From Eledone cirrhosa (Eukaryota), in NCBI GenBank assembly GCA_964016885.1, contig OZ024758.1, positions 7,502,001 through 7,566,000 on the forward strand: a stretch of 64,000 nt of DNA. Reading direction: 5' to 3'. The stretch's first letter is position 1. The number at the start of each line of letters is the position of its first letter. The notes below the pieces were generated by a model. The model was not told the DNA's origin and did not search any database. It worked only from the letters and a program-made list of their open reading frames with translations. Both the position numbers and the translations under genes were made by a program. Below are positions 43,083 through 55,893 of this stretch, piece by piece.

Positions 43083-43345
43083 AATTGGCAGAGTTGTTAA
43101 AACATCAGATAGAATGCTTTGATATATTCATTTTAGTTTTCTGGTCTCTGAGTTCAAATCCCACCGAGGTCAACTTTGCCTTTCATCCATTCAAGGTCAA
43201 TAAAACAAATACCAGTCAAGTACTGGGGTCAATTCTTCCTACTTCCATTCTCTCACTCTTCCTATCCTTCTCTGGAAGAACTCTGCTGTATTCAGACCTG
43301 GAGAGGAGATGTACTCAGCCAAGCTTAAAATACCCAAGTAACTCT
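43083..43345 (+). mobile_element. Long-tailed SINE subfamily copy (3' part truncated or replaced)
   Basis: Head and core, then ttctctggaagaactctgctgtattcagacc as in the other two copies. Confidence 0.65.
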
Positions 43346-44729
43346 GCTTCAGTACTGTCTTGGTCCTGTGAAAACTGGTCCAGCCCATGCAAGCAGGGAA
43401 GGTGAACGTTAAATGATGATGATGATGCACAATTTTTTTGTCAACGGTTTTCATTGTTTACAAAGAAAGATATAATGTTCAATATGGTTTATATTAAAAT
43501 ATTGTTAATCTATTTTATAAAAGAGACGCTGTTTCTCTTGTGACAACATATATGTAGGAGGGGAAGAGGAGAGGAGTGAAAAGTTGTCGTTGAGAGAGAG
43601 AGATGGATCGTTTATGATGTCAGAATGAAAGTGATGACAACAGACTTTAAAAAAAAAAAAAAAAAAGACTCTCACTATGACAGGCTGTTGTTGTTGAGAA
43701 AGAAATACAGTGAGAGAGAGTGTGTGTGAAAGATAGATTAAAAAAAAATGTTCAACATACAGACAATGCAACACAGACTTCAAACAAAAACTAGTTGGTT
43801 TAAATATATATTTTTTACCAGCAGTGTAGTGACAGGTTTTTACTAGTTCCTATAATATTTATAATATAATATATGCCATTGATATCATTTAACATCCATT
43901 TTTCCATGTTAGCATGGGTTGGATAACTCATCATAGTTCATGTCATCTTCCACAAACAGCAACAACCAATCATCTTTAGAATTGTATATGTCTTCCAGCA
44001 TGAACTGGACAAGTTTTAATAATATATATTATATTACAAAATATGATATTATCATACATGTTCAACCCTTGCTAGCAGGGAAAATGGACATTAAATGAAG
44101 ATGATGACGGTGACGATGAATATAATATAATACAATATTTATAATATTTGATTGAAAACATGCCTCAAAGAAATCTTATAGTCAGTATGAAATCTTCGAT
44201 TGCTAAGCTATAAAATACCCCCAGAAAGATATCTAACATATATTTATAGAAAGGATAAAGTTGAAAGTTCTCAAAGTAGAGTGTTGGACCAAAAGTCAAA
44301 CAATTCCAGTGTATGATAGCAATGGATAACTCAATGGTCATTGTTTAGATATAGAGAACAACTATAATTTAGGAGGAAGTGAAACCATTATGGCCAGTGG
44401 TAGAACAGTTAGCTGTAGGTATTTATCTATCTATCGTTGGACAATACAAACATCTATTTAGCTGTCTTTCTACCTACCTACCTTGTGTATCTACTTATTT
44501 ACCAGTCTATCTATTTATCCTCCTATCTATCTATCTTCCTGTTTTTATATCTATCAACTTATTTACTAGTCTATTTATCTATCTCTCTATCTACTTACCT
44601 AGCAGTCTATCTATCTACCTACCAGTCTATCTTACCTCCTCTCTATCTACCTTCCACTCTACCTATCTAGCTACATGTCTATCTATCTATCCTCCTCTCT
44701 ATTTATTGAGCTACCAGTCTATCTATCTA

Positions 44730-45025
44730 TAAAAGGTGGGTGAATGTGGCAAAGATGGCCCAAGTGGTTGGGCCTTCTCTCTATATAAGCCTGTAAGTTG
44801 AGGAAAAAGAGGAAGAGAGGAAGGGAGTACTCACTCTTGGTGCTCCTGGAGATGAGGGCTGTACACTTTTTCGGGGTGTGTACAACCCCTGTGTAACACC
44901 TCCCCCCTATTGGGGATATCAATTGTTATTTATTATTTTATTAATAGTTTTATTTTCATATACCTGTATGTAAACTCCCCATTTGTATTTGTCCCCTTCT
45001 TTTGTGCCCTTGTGGCTAAAGAAAT
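44730..45025 (+). mobile_element. 3' end of a putative Tx1-like LINE inserted in (TCTA)n
   Basis: Short ORF end KRWVNVAKMAQVVGPSLYISL*; 3' terminus ttgtccccttcttttgtgcccttgtggctaaagaaat then (tcta)n. Same terminus at 29805-29875. Confidence 0.5.
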
Positions 45026-46409
45026 TTATCTATCTATCTATTGAGCTACCTGTCTATCTACTATTGAGCTACCTGTCTATCTATTGAGCTACCTGTCTAT
45101 CTACTATTGAGCTACCTGTCTATCTATTGAGCTACCTGTCTATCTATTGCCCTATTTATGTATATTTAGAAATGCATCTATCTTTCAACAAGAATAACTA
45201 TAACAACATCAAAACACAAATCCCAATAGTAATTCAAAGATAGACACATAGGTTGAACAAAGTCATCATCATCATCATCATCATTGTTGTTTTTATGTCT
45301 GTCTATCATAGGTTCGATGGGTCCTTTTCAGCACAGCATCATAATTGATTCAAATAGATGTAAAATTAAAAATGGAGTCACAAGAAGTAGGTCAAGGAAA
45401 ATTAAGGATTTTAAGCATCTTTACATAGCATTTCATAATCAAGGAATTACTAAATTAAATATTTCTTAAAATTATAAACAGTATCATTTCTGATGGGTAC
45501 TATGTTAGTATATATATATTTATTCCTGCTACTTTATTCTTTTATTGGTTTCAGACTGTGGACTTGCTGTGGCACTCTCTTCCTGCAGTCAATCATATCA
45601 ACTTGACCCCAGTACTTACTTTTACTCCCAGTATTGACCCCAGTACTTACTTTTAAAGACTTGTACTTAATTATTGATCTCTGTTTTGTTGAAGTGTTAA
45701 GTCATAAACAAAGACAACTGTAAACACACACACACACACATATATATATAGTGTGGCAGAAACTCGAGTTCAGGAACTACTATAGGTACCGCTTTACGTG
45801 TGTTGTATTGAAGCGAATAACTATGTGTATACTCTGGGAGTGTATCCTACATTACCTATTGAGTACGTTGAGATGCAACTGGTACTAGTATTGATACCTA
45901 TGTTGGATCCGTCAACTTTTTAATACATACACACACACACACACACATATATATATAGTAATAATAAATGTGAAGACTAAAACCCAAAGAGGGCTCAATA
46001 AGGATTACATATATATAAAAACCCGTAGAGCAAGTTTCAGAAGATCCCGTTAAGGGTGAAAGCAGCGATTCTTTGCTTACACTTTAATCTGTTATTCTAA
46101 TAAATATTTATATTCAAAATAGGGTCTGCACAGGACAAAGGCAATGGAAAAAACAACAGGAAGATAGACAGTCCCATTTCCTCAGTCAACTTCTGGGAAT
46201 CACTATGGTTAAAGGCATAACTTGTCCTGTTTTTGTTTCTACCTGTTTTGTTATGTGCACTGGAAATAGTATCAACCTTATGTACTGAAACCATTGTGAT
46301 TTCTAGAGGTTGACTGTCCATCTTTCCATTGTCCTTGCACCCCCCCTCCTATTTTGAACTGATGTTCTAAAGACTTAGCCACGTAGGCATTTGCAACTAT
46401 ATATATATA

Positions 46410-47016
46410 TATCATCATCATCACCATTTTATGTCCATTCTTCCATGCCAGCATGGGTTAGATGAGTTGATTTCGACTTGGTTTCTACAACTGGATGCCC
46501 TTCCTTAATACCAACCTCATTTACCGTGAGTACTGGGTGCTTTTTGTTGTGACACCTACACAACCACTTTACAGTGTAGACTGGGTGCTTTACGTCGTCA
46601 TACTTACACGACTCCTGTACAGTGGAAGGGTGGGTTGAGTGGGGGTAGGGCGGGGCATATTGTAATTATGCTTCAGCTTTGGCCTGTGCCCATGGGAAGT
46701 TTGGTTTTCTGTATTACTGCATAACGCCAAAGATCTCGGTCCTGTGTAATTGGGCAAGGTCAGCTTTTATCACCTCATCCAAAGTCTTCCTGGGTCTTCC
46801 CACTCCAAGACTACCTTCCACTTTGAGCGCTCTGCACCTTTTTATGCAGCCATCATCCTTCATATGTATCACATGTCCATACCAAAATTTGATTCCTCTT
46901 ACGCCTAGATTCTCTCTCAGTTCGCTTATGCTTTGCCGTTCACGTATATTACTATTACACATCCATTGGAGCATGCAAGCTTCACTTCTTTCCAATGTCT
47001 CACTACCATGCAGCAT
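46410..47016 (-). mobile_element. RTE-clade LINE 3' fragment
   Basis: MLHGSET...MLQWMC...LRENLGVRGI..WYGHV.HM.DD..IKRC....VEG...GRPRKT; (GAT)n tail near 46410. Confidence 0.8.
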
Positions 47017-47227
47017 ATATATATTGGAAAATGTGTGAAATCCTTGGTACAGTTATATATATTTTAAAAAAGGAAAAAAATGACTTCACCTGTAGATCTA
47101 AACATTTAATGTTATAAAATTATAATTTTACAATTTGGTTGTAAAATTACAATATTACAAAATCAAATTAAATTGTTTAGAACTACAAGTTAAGTCATTT
47201 TTTCCTTTTTTAATATATATATATATA

Positions 47228-47407
47228 ATTGTTTCTACATTTGGCACAAGGCCAGCAATTACCAGTATGTTACTGGTACTTTATTTTATCGACCCCGTAA
47301 GGATGAAAGGCAAAGTTAACCTCGGCAGAATTTGAACTCAGATCGTAAAGGGACATAACTGTGCTGGAAAGCATGTCCGACCCTCTACCGATACTGCCAA
47401 TTCACCG

Positions 47408-47473
<66 letters not shown>

Positions 47474-47659
47474 GTTTCTACTTTTTGGCACAAGGCCAGC
47501 AATTATCCAGTGTATTACTGGTACTTTATTTTATCGACCCCGTAAGGATGAAAGGCAAAGTCAACCTCGGCGGGATTTGAACTCAGATCGTAAAGGGACG
47601 TAACTATGCTGGTAAGCATGGCGTCCGACCCTCTACCGATACTGCCAATCCACCGCCCT
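47228..47659 (-). mobile_element. Two head-to-tail copies of the same SINE separated by (TA)n
   Basis: Copies at 47228-47411 and 47471-47659, each flanked by TA repeats. Confidence 0.85.
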
Positions 47660-47674
47660 ATATATATATATAAT

Positions 47675-47835
47675 GATGAGCTACTGCAGTTTCACCAAAC
47701 AACTTCCACTCACAGGTACACTGGACAACATGAAGCCATAGTAGAGGACACTCTGTCTAAAGCCCTGCACAGCAGGACTGAACCGTAAACCACATGGTTG
47801 TAAAGTAAACCTCTTAACTACACAACCATGACTGT
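47675..47835 (-). mobile_element. Third SINE family (octopus OK/OR-like), decayed
   Basis: Minus strand catggttgtgtagttaagag...ggttcagtcctgctgtgc head; related decayed copy at about 38410-38690. Confidence 0.5.
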
Positions 47836-48752
47836 GATTAGTACCTTTCTTTTTTTAATTAAGAACAAATGCAAAAAGTAGAAAGTAAATTAAATCAAAA
47901 CTGAAATAATAAAACAGTAAAAATAGCAAAATATAAAATTTTGATTTTTTTTTAATAATAAGAAATAAAAATATCAGTAACTATTATGGTAACAATGAAA
48001 ATGAAACCACTTTTAATTTTTAACTTTTCTTGATAAAAGACATTTATTTATGTCTTCAAGGGAAATAAAGTTTCTTTTTTTCTTTCTCACCTTGCTCATT
48101 TCATCCATTAAACATACAACGGTTTTGGTTCATATCTTTTATTAAAACCTATTAATAAAATACTCCCAGAAGTTTTTTCTTTTCTTTTCCTTTAAGTCTT
48201 TTTTTCACTCTCCCTACTTTTCTTTCACTTTGGATTATTTATATATATATATATTTTTTTTTTGCAGAAGGAAAAGAAAAAAAGAAACAACAAAAAAAAT
48301 AATAATAATCATAATAATAATCGTAATAATAATAAAAGCTTGTCTCCATAGGAGAACATTTCTTTACCATAGTTCTGATTTCTTGAACTCCACACAGAAA
48401 AACAATGCTTTTTTTTTTCCCCAATGAGAAAAGAAAGTTATGAAGGTGGGTGGGGGAGTATGGGTAGGTGCCATTGTTTAAAAGAGGGGTGTTAACTTAA
48501 AAATTGTATTTTCTTTAGGTCCTTTTGTTTATCTAGTGGTTTAACAAGGTTGTGATATGGATCAGAATATATAATTACCTATTTCTATTGAGTGATCGTT
48601 AATTTAATTAAGGATATACTGTGTTGTGTTGTGTTTATTATTCAGGTGAAATGGAGGTGACAGTAAATAGTAGCAACAATAATAGTAGCAGCAGTAGCAG
48701 CAGTAGCAAAATAAGGGTTGATATTCCTAGCAGTGAACAGAAGCATTAATGC

Positions 48753-48784
<32 letters not shown>

Positions 48785-49004
48785 CAAGAACAGTAAATAT
48801 GCCAGGGATTGGAATAATATCTCTATTGAGTGTTGGTGACAATGGTAGTAGCAATATGTAGGGTTAAACTAATCAACAATTGTACTGATACGTTAGCAAT
48901 GCAAGTTGTAGCAGTAGAAATAACAGCCATGATAAGTGTTGATGCAACAGTGATTTTGGTAACAGTATTTAGAAGGCATAGGTTGAGTGTGGTGTATGGC
49001 TGAC

Positions 49005-49923
49005 AGATAGAGAGAGATGGAGAGTGATAGGAGATGAAAGGGGGTGAGTAGGTGAGAGAGAGAGTGAGGGGGTGAGTAGGTGAGAGAGAGTGAGGGGGTG
49101 AGTAGGTGAAACGGAGAGGAGGAATGAGTAGGGGAGAGAAAGTGAGAGTGTAGGTGAGAGGAGTGAGTAGGTGAGAGAGAGAAAGAGCGTGAGTAGGTGA
49201 AACGGAGAGGGGGAATGAGTAGAGGAGAGAAAGTGAGAGAGTGAGTAGGTGAGAGAGAAAGAGTGAGTAGGTGAAACAGAGAGGGGGAATGAGTAGGGGA
49301 GAGAAGGAGGAGAGAGAGTGAGTAAGTGAGGGAGGAGAGAGAGTGAGTAAGTGAGAGAGGAAGAGAGAGAGTAGGTGAAAGGGAGGGGGAGAAAGAGAGA
49401 GAAGTGAGTAGGTGTGAGAGAGGGGGAGAGGGAGTGAGTAGGTGTGTGTGAAAGAGAGAGGGAGTGAGTGGGTGTGAAAGAGAGTGAGTAAATGTGTGTA
49501 AGAGAGATAGAGAGAGAGTGAGTAAGTGTGAGAGAAAGAGAGAGAGTGAGTAAGTGTGAGAGAAAGAGAGAGAGTGAGTAAGTGTGAGAGAAAGGGAGAG
49601 TGAGTGTGTGTGAGAGAAAGGGTGAGTAAGTGTGTGGTGAGAGAAAGTGTGTGAGAGAAAGTGTGTGTGAGAGAAAGTGTGTGTGAGAGAAAGGGAGAGT
49701 GAGTGTGTGTGAGAGAAAGGGAGAGTGAGTGAGTGTGTGTGTGAGAGAGAGAGAGAGAGAGTGTGTGTGTGAGAGAAAGGGTGAGTAAGTAAGTGTGTGT
49801 GAGAGAAAGGGAGAGTGAGTGAGTGTGTGTGAGAGAAAGGGAGAGTGAGTGAGTGTGTGTGTGAGAGAAAGGGAGAGTGAGTGAGTGTGTGTGAGAGAGA
49901 GTGAGTGAGAGAGAGAGAGAGAG

Positions 49924-49957
<34 letters not shown>

Positions 49958-49960
49958 TAA
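49005..49960 (+). repeat. GA/GT-rich degenerate satellite
   Basis: gagtaggtgagagag variants grading into (GT)n(GA)n. Confidence 0.85.
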
Positions 49961-50168
49961 GAAGATGAGAGAAAGATTTGTTGCTGTTTAAAAAAACAAA
50001 ACAATGGTTGCTTCTAACAGAGAAGAGGTTTTAATGATAGTAAATTAGTGTTGCAAACTTCCCAGATAATAGTAACAGCTACTAGTATAGGTTATTTCAA
50101 ATAGAACAGGATCTTAATGGCTGACAGTAGTTGTTACCAACATACAAATAATCAACACTATATGTGTA

Positions 50169-50222
<54 letters not shown>

Positions 50223-50225
<3 letters not shown>

Positions 50226-50404
50226 GAATGTTAAACCCCGACAACAGAGCTTAAGCCGTTTCGACGCCTATTTCTGGACTAAATTAGTCCAGAAATAGCC
50301 GTCGAAACAACTTGAGCTCTGCTGTCGGGGTTTAACATTTTCATAAGTAGTGAGTACTCTGGTGCGTTATGGTCCATCTGGTTCCTTACCACACTTCCTT
50401 CATT
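50223..50404. mobile_element. Family A fold-back cassette in the presumed HS2ST 3' UTR
   Basis: 56-bp arms 50227-50282/50284-50339 with 5 mismatches; tail nearly identical to the reverse complement of 668-720; (TA)n on both sides. Confidence 0.6.
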
Positions 50405-50407
50405 ATA

Positions 50408-50454
<47 letters not shown>

Positions 50455-50642
50455 CAGTGTATATATATATGTATGTGTGTGTGTGACAGTGTATATATAT
50501 ATATATATATAAGTGTATGTGTGAGTGTCTAGCTATTCTGTAGAGAAAAATGAGTTGGGGTGGGGTAAGGGGGAACAGTTAAGATTTCACTCTCAATTCA
50601 TTCTGACCTGGAATGACACCTATTCTTAGTCCGACATCAGCT

Positions 50643-50863
50643 TCACCTTGGCCGGATTTTCTCATATATAAATTGATAACCTTTCTCTATATATTCACCA
50701 TCAACCAAATCAAATGTAAGCTGTTTAATAAAATGGAATTGCTCAACTGCAAAATCATAAAACTCTTGTTCCATTTTCCAAACTTTGGATTGTTGTATTT
50801 TCAATAAAGATGATTCTCTGGGAGGAATTTTGTTGGAAGTTTTCCGTAAATGTGATTTGTGAC
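50643..50863 (-). CDS. HS2ST1: Heparan sulfate 2-O-sulfotransferase, last coding exon
   Basis: Translates (G)HKSHLRKTSNKIPPRESSLLKIQQSKVWKMEQEFYDFAVEQFHFIKQLTFDLVDGEYIEKGYQFIYEKIRPR*, matching the HS2ST C-terminus (KSHLRKT...WKMENEFYEFA...FFYEKI). AG acceptor at 50865-50864 after a pyrimidine tract; TGA at 50645-50643; 221 nt, in phase with the upstream exon. Confidence 0.95.
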
Positions 50864-51047
50864 CTGAAAATAAATAGTAAAAAAAAATATTACTATTCAA
50901 TAAACTATTGAATAAAAAAAAAGGGGGGAGAGGGGGAAGCAAAACAATGAAAATAAACTGGTTTTTATATTGATATTTTCTGTTATGTGGCATAAACAGT
51001 AGTCAAACTCAATATATAATTATCATAAATAATAATTTATAACTTTG

Positions 51048-51408
51048 AATTAACCTTAGTACTTTACTAGTTCATATTTTATCAACACAAGCTACTAACC
51101 TTAGTACTTTACTAGTACATATTTTATTAACACTAGCTACTAACCTTAGTACTTTACTAGTACATATTTTATTAACACTAGCTACTAACCTTAGTACTTT
51201 ACTAGTAGATATTTTATCAACACAAGCTACTAACCTTAGTACTTTACTAGTAGATAGTTTATCAACACCAGTTACTAACCTTAGTACTTTACTAGTATAT
51301 ATTTTATTGACACTAGCTACTAACCTTAGTACTTTACTAGTACATATTTTATCAACACCAGCTACTAACCTTAGTACTTCACTAGTACATATTCTATTAA
51401 CACCAGCC
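51048..51408 (+). repeat. 45-bp minisatellite, 8 copies, in the last HS2ST intron
   Basis: Unit gctactaaccttagtactttactagtacatattttattaacacta. Confidence 0.9.
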
Positions 51409-51670
51409 ACAAAGTTGAAATTCAAAGTGAAATCTAAGACATAACTAAATATTACAATCAGTGAAAACTAGTAAGACATGACTAAATCTATTTTAACCTG
51501 ATGTTCTAAACTTTCTGCCATTCCACTGCTTTTTGCATAAATAATGTTTTCTGACATTGGTAGATTGCCAGAAACCTGAACACTAGGCCTATATAATCAA
51601 TAGAACTATAGTAGATGAGTAATAGTACTTATTGACCTTAGAAGTTGACTACGTACAGAGAGGGATTTAA

Positions 51671-51885
51671 CCCTTTAGCATTTAAACTGACCATATCCGA
51701 CCAGAATTCTCTCACCTCTTTCTGTTCAAACCAGCAGCTGTAACAAGCCACTCATACCGATGTTAAGGTATTGTTCTCAAAGTAAGTAATATTAAAATCA
51801 TAGATTCGATGTTATGTGAGGTAAAGCATTTACTGTGAAAATACAATAGTATATATATATATAGAGTAATGTAAATGCTAAAGGG
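51671..51885 (+). mobile_element. piggyBac-like MITE
   Basis: TTAA|ccctttagcattta ... taaatgctaaaggg|TTAA. Confidence 0.75.
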
Positions 51886-53144
51886 TTAAACTCAAGTTAT
51901 AGAGAACTGTAACTAATTACTGCTATGTATTTTGTGTAATCTGTTACTGTTTCTGCAAATCAACTCTTTTATCATTAATGTTGTGGTTGTACTGTTATCA
52001 TGACATAACAGTACAACCGCTTCACAGGGTGCTTTATCATAACATAGTGGTTGTGGTGGTGTCATTACATAAAGTTCCCTGTAAGGAGGTCATGATGGTG
52101 CTATGATTAAAAAGCACCCAGTCCACCCTGTAAGGTGGTGCCACAAAACAAATAAAAAAAGCTTTCCATCCATGCTGTAAAGTGGATGGCATTATGATGG
52201 GCATCCAGCCATAGAAAACCAAGCCCCAAATGGAGCATATGAGCAAGATATGGTTACCTGACCTGCTTAACCTCATAATGTGACTGATGATGATGATAAT
52301 GATTGTAAATTGCAGTGTACAAGTTGATCTTAAAGTTTTCACCTCATACCTCTGTGTATCTACTGTATAGATTGACCCTTTAAATATATATCAGGCTCTC
52401 CTGGATTAGTTCTTATTGATAATGGCCCTAAAGTTGTTCTAACCCACCATATATTATACTGTAAAACATGGTAGTACAACTTATACAAATACAAAATACC
52501 TAACTAAACCTTTCTTACCTTCAACATTTGTATCAGTGATGTAAATAAGCTGGCACTAACAACTCCATGCAGCAAACTATGAAATTTGTTGACCACATGG
52601 CACTAAAGATCTGTATTTTATCAATCTCCATCCTATAAGTTGACTACGAGTTTTGGAGAGATCTATATCAGGCTTAGAAATCTGACTTGTAATTTACAGT
52701 AATATTGATTTCTAACATATGTACTAGGCCACACATTTGGAGGAGTGTAGTCAATCATTGCCAGTACTGGGATAGTATTTATTATTTAGCTAATAGCTTA
52801 GGTTAGAAGTCTTAAGAATGTGAAAAAAGAGTCCAAATTTCAGAGTACTAGACTCAATACTATAAAACCTTTCCAATCTACGTCAAACAATTATAAATAA
52901 ATTCCAGCATTATATTTATTCATATATTCTGCATTTTTAACATACAAAACATAAAGAAACTAAAATAGAAACAAAATTCATTGGTGTTTTAAATAAATAG
53001 GCTGAGTTATCAAGTTTTACCGTATATACTTAAATATAAGCTGATCCAAATATATACCAACCTCACTGTTTTATGTCTGAGAAATGAGCAAAAGTCCAAA
53101 CCCTGTTTATAAGCCAAGGCAGCTAATCAACATATTGTTTAGAA

Positions 53145-53312
53145 CAGGCATGTCAAAAATATGGCCCTTTACAAGCACATCTGCGGCCCACACAAAGGTT
53201 TTTACAGAGCGAGCATGTTTTATCTTCATAATATAAAATAAAAAAATTGTTGTAATATGCGCAATTAGTTGTCATGTGTGGCCCTCGGGGGACCCTCAGT
53301 TTCACATGCCTG
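53145..53312 (+). mobile_element. hAT (Charlie/Buster-like) MITE
   Basis: TIRs caggcatgtcaaa / tttcacatgcctg; flanks gtttagaa and ctctagat resemble the NTCTAGAN target. Second copy at 31725-31922. Confidence 0.7.
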
Positions 53313-53454
53313 CTCTAGATGGCAAATATAAGTTCACCTCCCCATTTTATCATCAATTCTTTTGGTCACATATTCCTTGACTTATATTTGAGTATATACG
53401 GTAAATAGATTTAAAAAAAAACCCAAATAATTTAAAGAAATCCCCTATTCTTAC

Positions 53455-53612
53455 CTGAGTTATAGAGATCTACAGCTCCCTTGAAAAACCGAGGTAGTGT
53501 AGCCTCTAATATGGCAACAAAGTCTCCTAATTCTTCAGTGACACCAACCACAAGATAGTTATTTACAAGGTTATATTTAGCTTGTTCAAGAGCCCACCGA
53601 TATCCCGGAACC
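53455..53612 (-). CDS. HS2ST1: Heparan sulfate 2-O-sulfotransferase, penultimate coding exon (158 nt)
   Basis: Translates (W)VPGYRWALEQAKYNLVNNYLVVGVTEELGDFVAILEATLPRFFKGAVDLYNS(G). CAG acceptor and GTAAG donor; matches the HS2ST motif WA.QAKYNL.N.Y.VGVTEEL.DF..LLEA.LPRFF.GA. Not in the supplied ORF track. Confidence 0.95.
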
Positions 53613-53743
53613 CTGTTGAATTAAAGGAACAACTTTATTACATTTCAAAGCATAAATTTAACTTTAAATCAATCAATTCAATTATAAGTTATATGAGAAA
53701 GTTTATGAACACAAAGATTTTTTTTCTTCTCTTCTTTGCATAC

Positions 53744-54180
53744 TTATTCCTGTGAGGGTTGCGATGGCAGAGTCCTCAAACACTCCTTCCAGAGGGTCCT
53801 GTTAAAATCAACTGTTTCCAATTGATCCAGCTGGATCCCCAAACAAGACCAGCTGAACTCATAGATGTCATTCAACCATCTTGCTCCGGGTCTACCCTTA
53901 GGTCTCCTGCCAGTTGGTTTTTGCCCATAAAATCTGTGCAGCGATTCATTCCTGACACATTCTAACCACATGCCTGCAATATCGAAGCTGTGATCTTTCA
54001 ATTCAGAGACGTAGAGGCTCTATTTTAAGCAAAACTCTGATCTTCGAGCTACTCACTCTATTGAGTAACATTATTCCAAAAACCCTTTCGAGGAATCCTA
54101 TTTTGGCTGCTTGTATTTGTAATTATATTCTTTTGGTCATGACCCAAGATTTATGACCATAGGAAAGGGTTGGCATGATA
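53744..54180 (-). mobile_element. RTE-like LINE 3' fragment
   Basis: KPTGRRPKGRPGARWLNDI.....LGI...LWK terminal motif, then a short AAG-rich tail. Confidence 0.65.
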
Positions 54181-54380
54181 CCTTTTTTTTTTCTGTTTTG
54201 AAAATAAACATCTTTGAACCAAGTTTTAGAATATACTTTTACCAAAGTTACACAGGAATTATTTATATGATTTGTTGACTGATTCCTTAGACCATTGACA
54301 TGAAGTAGGACTAGTATATAACATCAGTTTTGTTTTGGTGTTGATATCAACTAACTCAGTGGACTGTGTAAGCGGTTAAG

Positions 54381-54461
<81 letters not shown>

Positions 54462-55306
54462 CGTTTAGACGGTCTCCTCCACCTCTTGGTACCAGCCGAC
54501 AGGATGGAGAATACATTGCCCTGGAGGACAGCGAAGGAGACACACTGGAACATCTACTCCACCTTGCAGGGCTCACACCTGCAGGCAGCAAACTCCGCTC
54601 CGATAAGACTGAGCAGGAACAGGAAGGGATAAGTCCAGGGACCAAAAACGCCGGAAGTCTCCACTAGTATATTATTTTCCCACATAAGTAAATTAGAGTC
54701 TCTAGCACAAGAAACCAAAATAACATTTGAAAAGAAAGTTTTAAAAAAAAAAATGTTTTAAGTCTGGTACCATATTTATAGGCAATCTTCGTTAACTTAA
54801 GCACTTTAATGAGTTTCACAAGACAGCAGTGCTTAAAGTAAGTTTTAGTTTCAGGAAACTTAGAGATATTTTGCTAAATAGCAGAGATATTTAATACCTA
54901 TGGCAAGGAAAAGAAATCTAATGATAAACAGAATATCATTTGAATATAACTAGATAGACAGGATGTGTAACCCAATTCAGTATGTCATGCAATGTATCAA
55001 ATAATAGTTGATGGATTGCTTCTGAAACTAACAGAAAATATGAGCCCTAACAACACCAGAAATTAGTACTTTAAGTGTTTAGTATATCACTAAACATACT
55101 ATTTTCGACATGAACTTGATATGTATACTAATCAAGACAATACTATTTATTAAAGCAATAACATTGGTTTCTTATGTAAACATAAAATCTCAGATAAATA
55201 AACATAAAAAAACATAGAGAAAGAGGAGTAAAACCTATATTCCACATTGGGGATCAATATTTGGGGTTAAATTTAAAATGACACCAAAGAAAGTATAAAG
55301 GATTAA

Positions 55307-55527
55307 CTCTTTAGCATTTACATTACTGTATATATACTATTGTATTTTCATGGTAATGGATTTACCTCATATAATTATCTGACATAATATCGAATCTATG
55401 AGATTTTGATGTTATTTATTTTGAGAACAATACCTTAACGTCAGTATGAGTGGCTGGTTACAGCTGGTTTGAACAGAAATAGGTGAGATAATTCTGGCCA
55501 GATACGGCCAGTTTAAATGCTAAAGAG
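55307..55527 (-). mobile_element. Same piggyBac-like MITE, inverted
   Basis: TTAA|ctctttagcattta ... taaatgctaaagag|TTAA; body is the reverse complement of 51671-51885. Confidence 0.75.
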
Positions 55528-55544
55528 TTAATGACACATTCATC

Positions 55545-55870
55545 CAGATGCTGAGAAAGGTCCAGAACATATGCTGGAGAAGAGTCATAGTGAATAAATC
55601 CTGCTACAGCTCACACCTTCACTTTTCTGACATCATAGGGTGTAGGAGGTCACATCAGCCAGACATGTGAAACATCATAATGAACCTACTGGCAGAGTTC
55701 TTTTCTGGAAACCTGACACATGCTAACGAGTTGGGAGACCATCCGCCTCGCTGAAGGATGTTCTTGAAGATGACACCGGGTTGGAGTGAGGAGAAGGTTG
55801 GTAATGTTAGACAGGTAAGCTAAAGGAAGAACTTTGTCATGACACTGGTAACAGATGTTTAGAAGAAGAA
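55545..55870 (+). mobile_element. RTE-like LINE 3' fragment (decayed)
   Basis: MLRKVQNICW...GRP..L.DVLE.D-like motifs across frameshifts. Confidence 0.45.
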
Positions 55871-55893
55871 AAACTGTATTTCTTTTCTATTAA

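Noticed and set aside
48823-50004. 393-aa ORF, the longest in the track
   Set aside because: Low-complexity translation of a GA/GT satellite.
50864-50993. N-terminal part of the 116-aa ORF
   Set aside because: Intronic; similarity to HS2ST starts only after the AG acceptor at 50865-50864.
51072-51425. Repetitive 117-aa ORF as an alternative HS2ST exon
   Set aside because: Arises from a 45-bp (multiple of 3) minisatellite; no convincing splice sites or homology.
54460-54667. GC-rich stop-free stretch next to (GT)n
   Set aside because: No recognisable protein motif or exon boundaries; probably a retroelement fragment I cannot classify.
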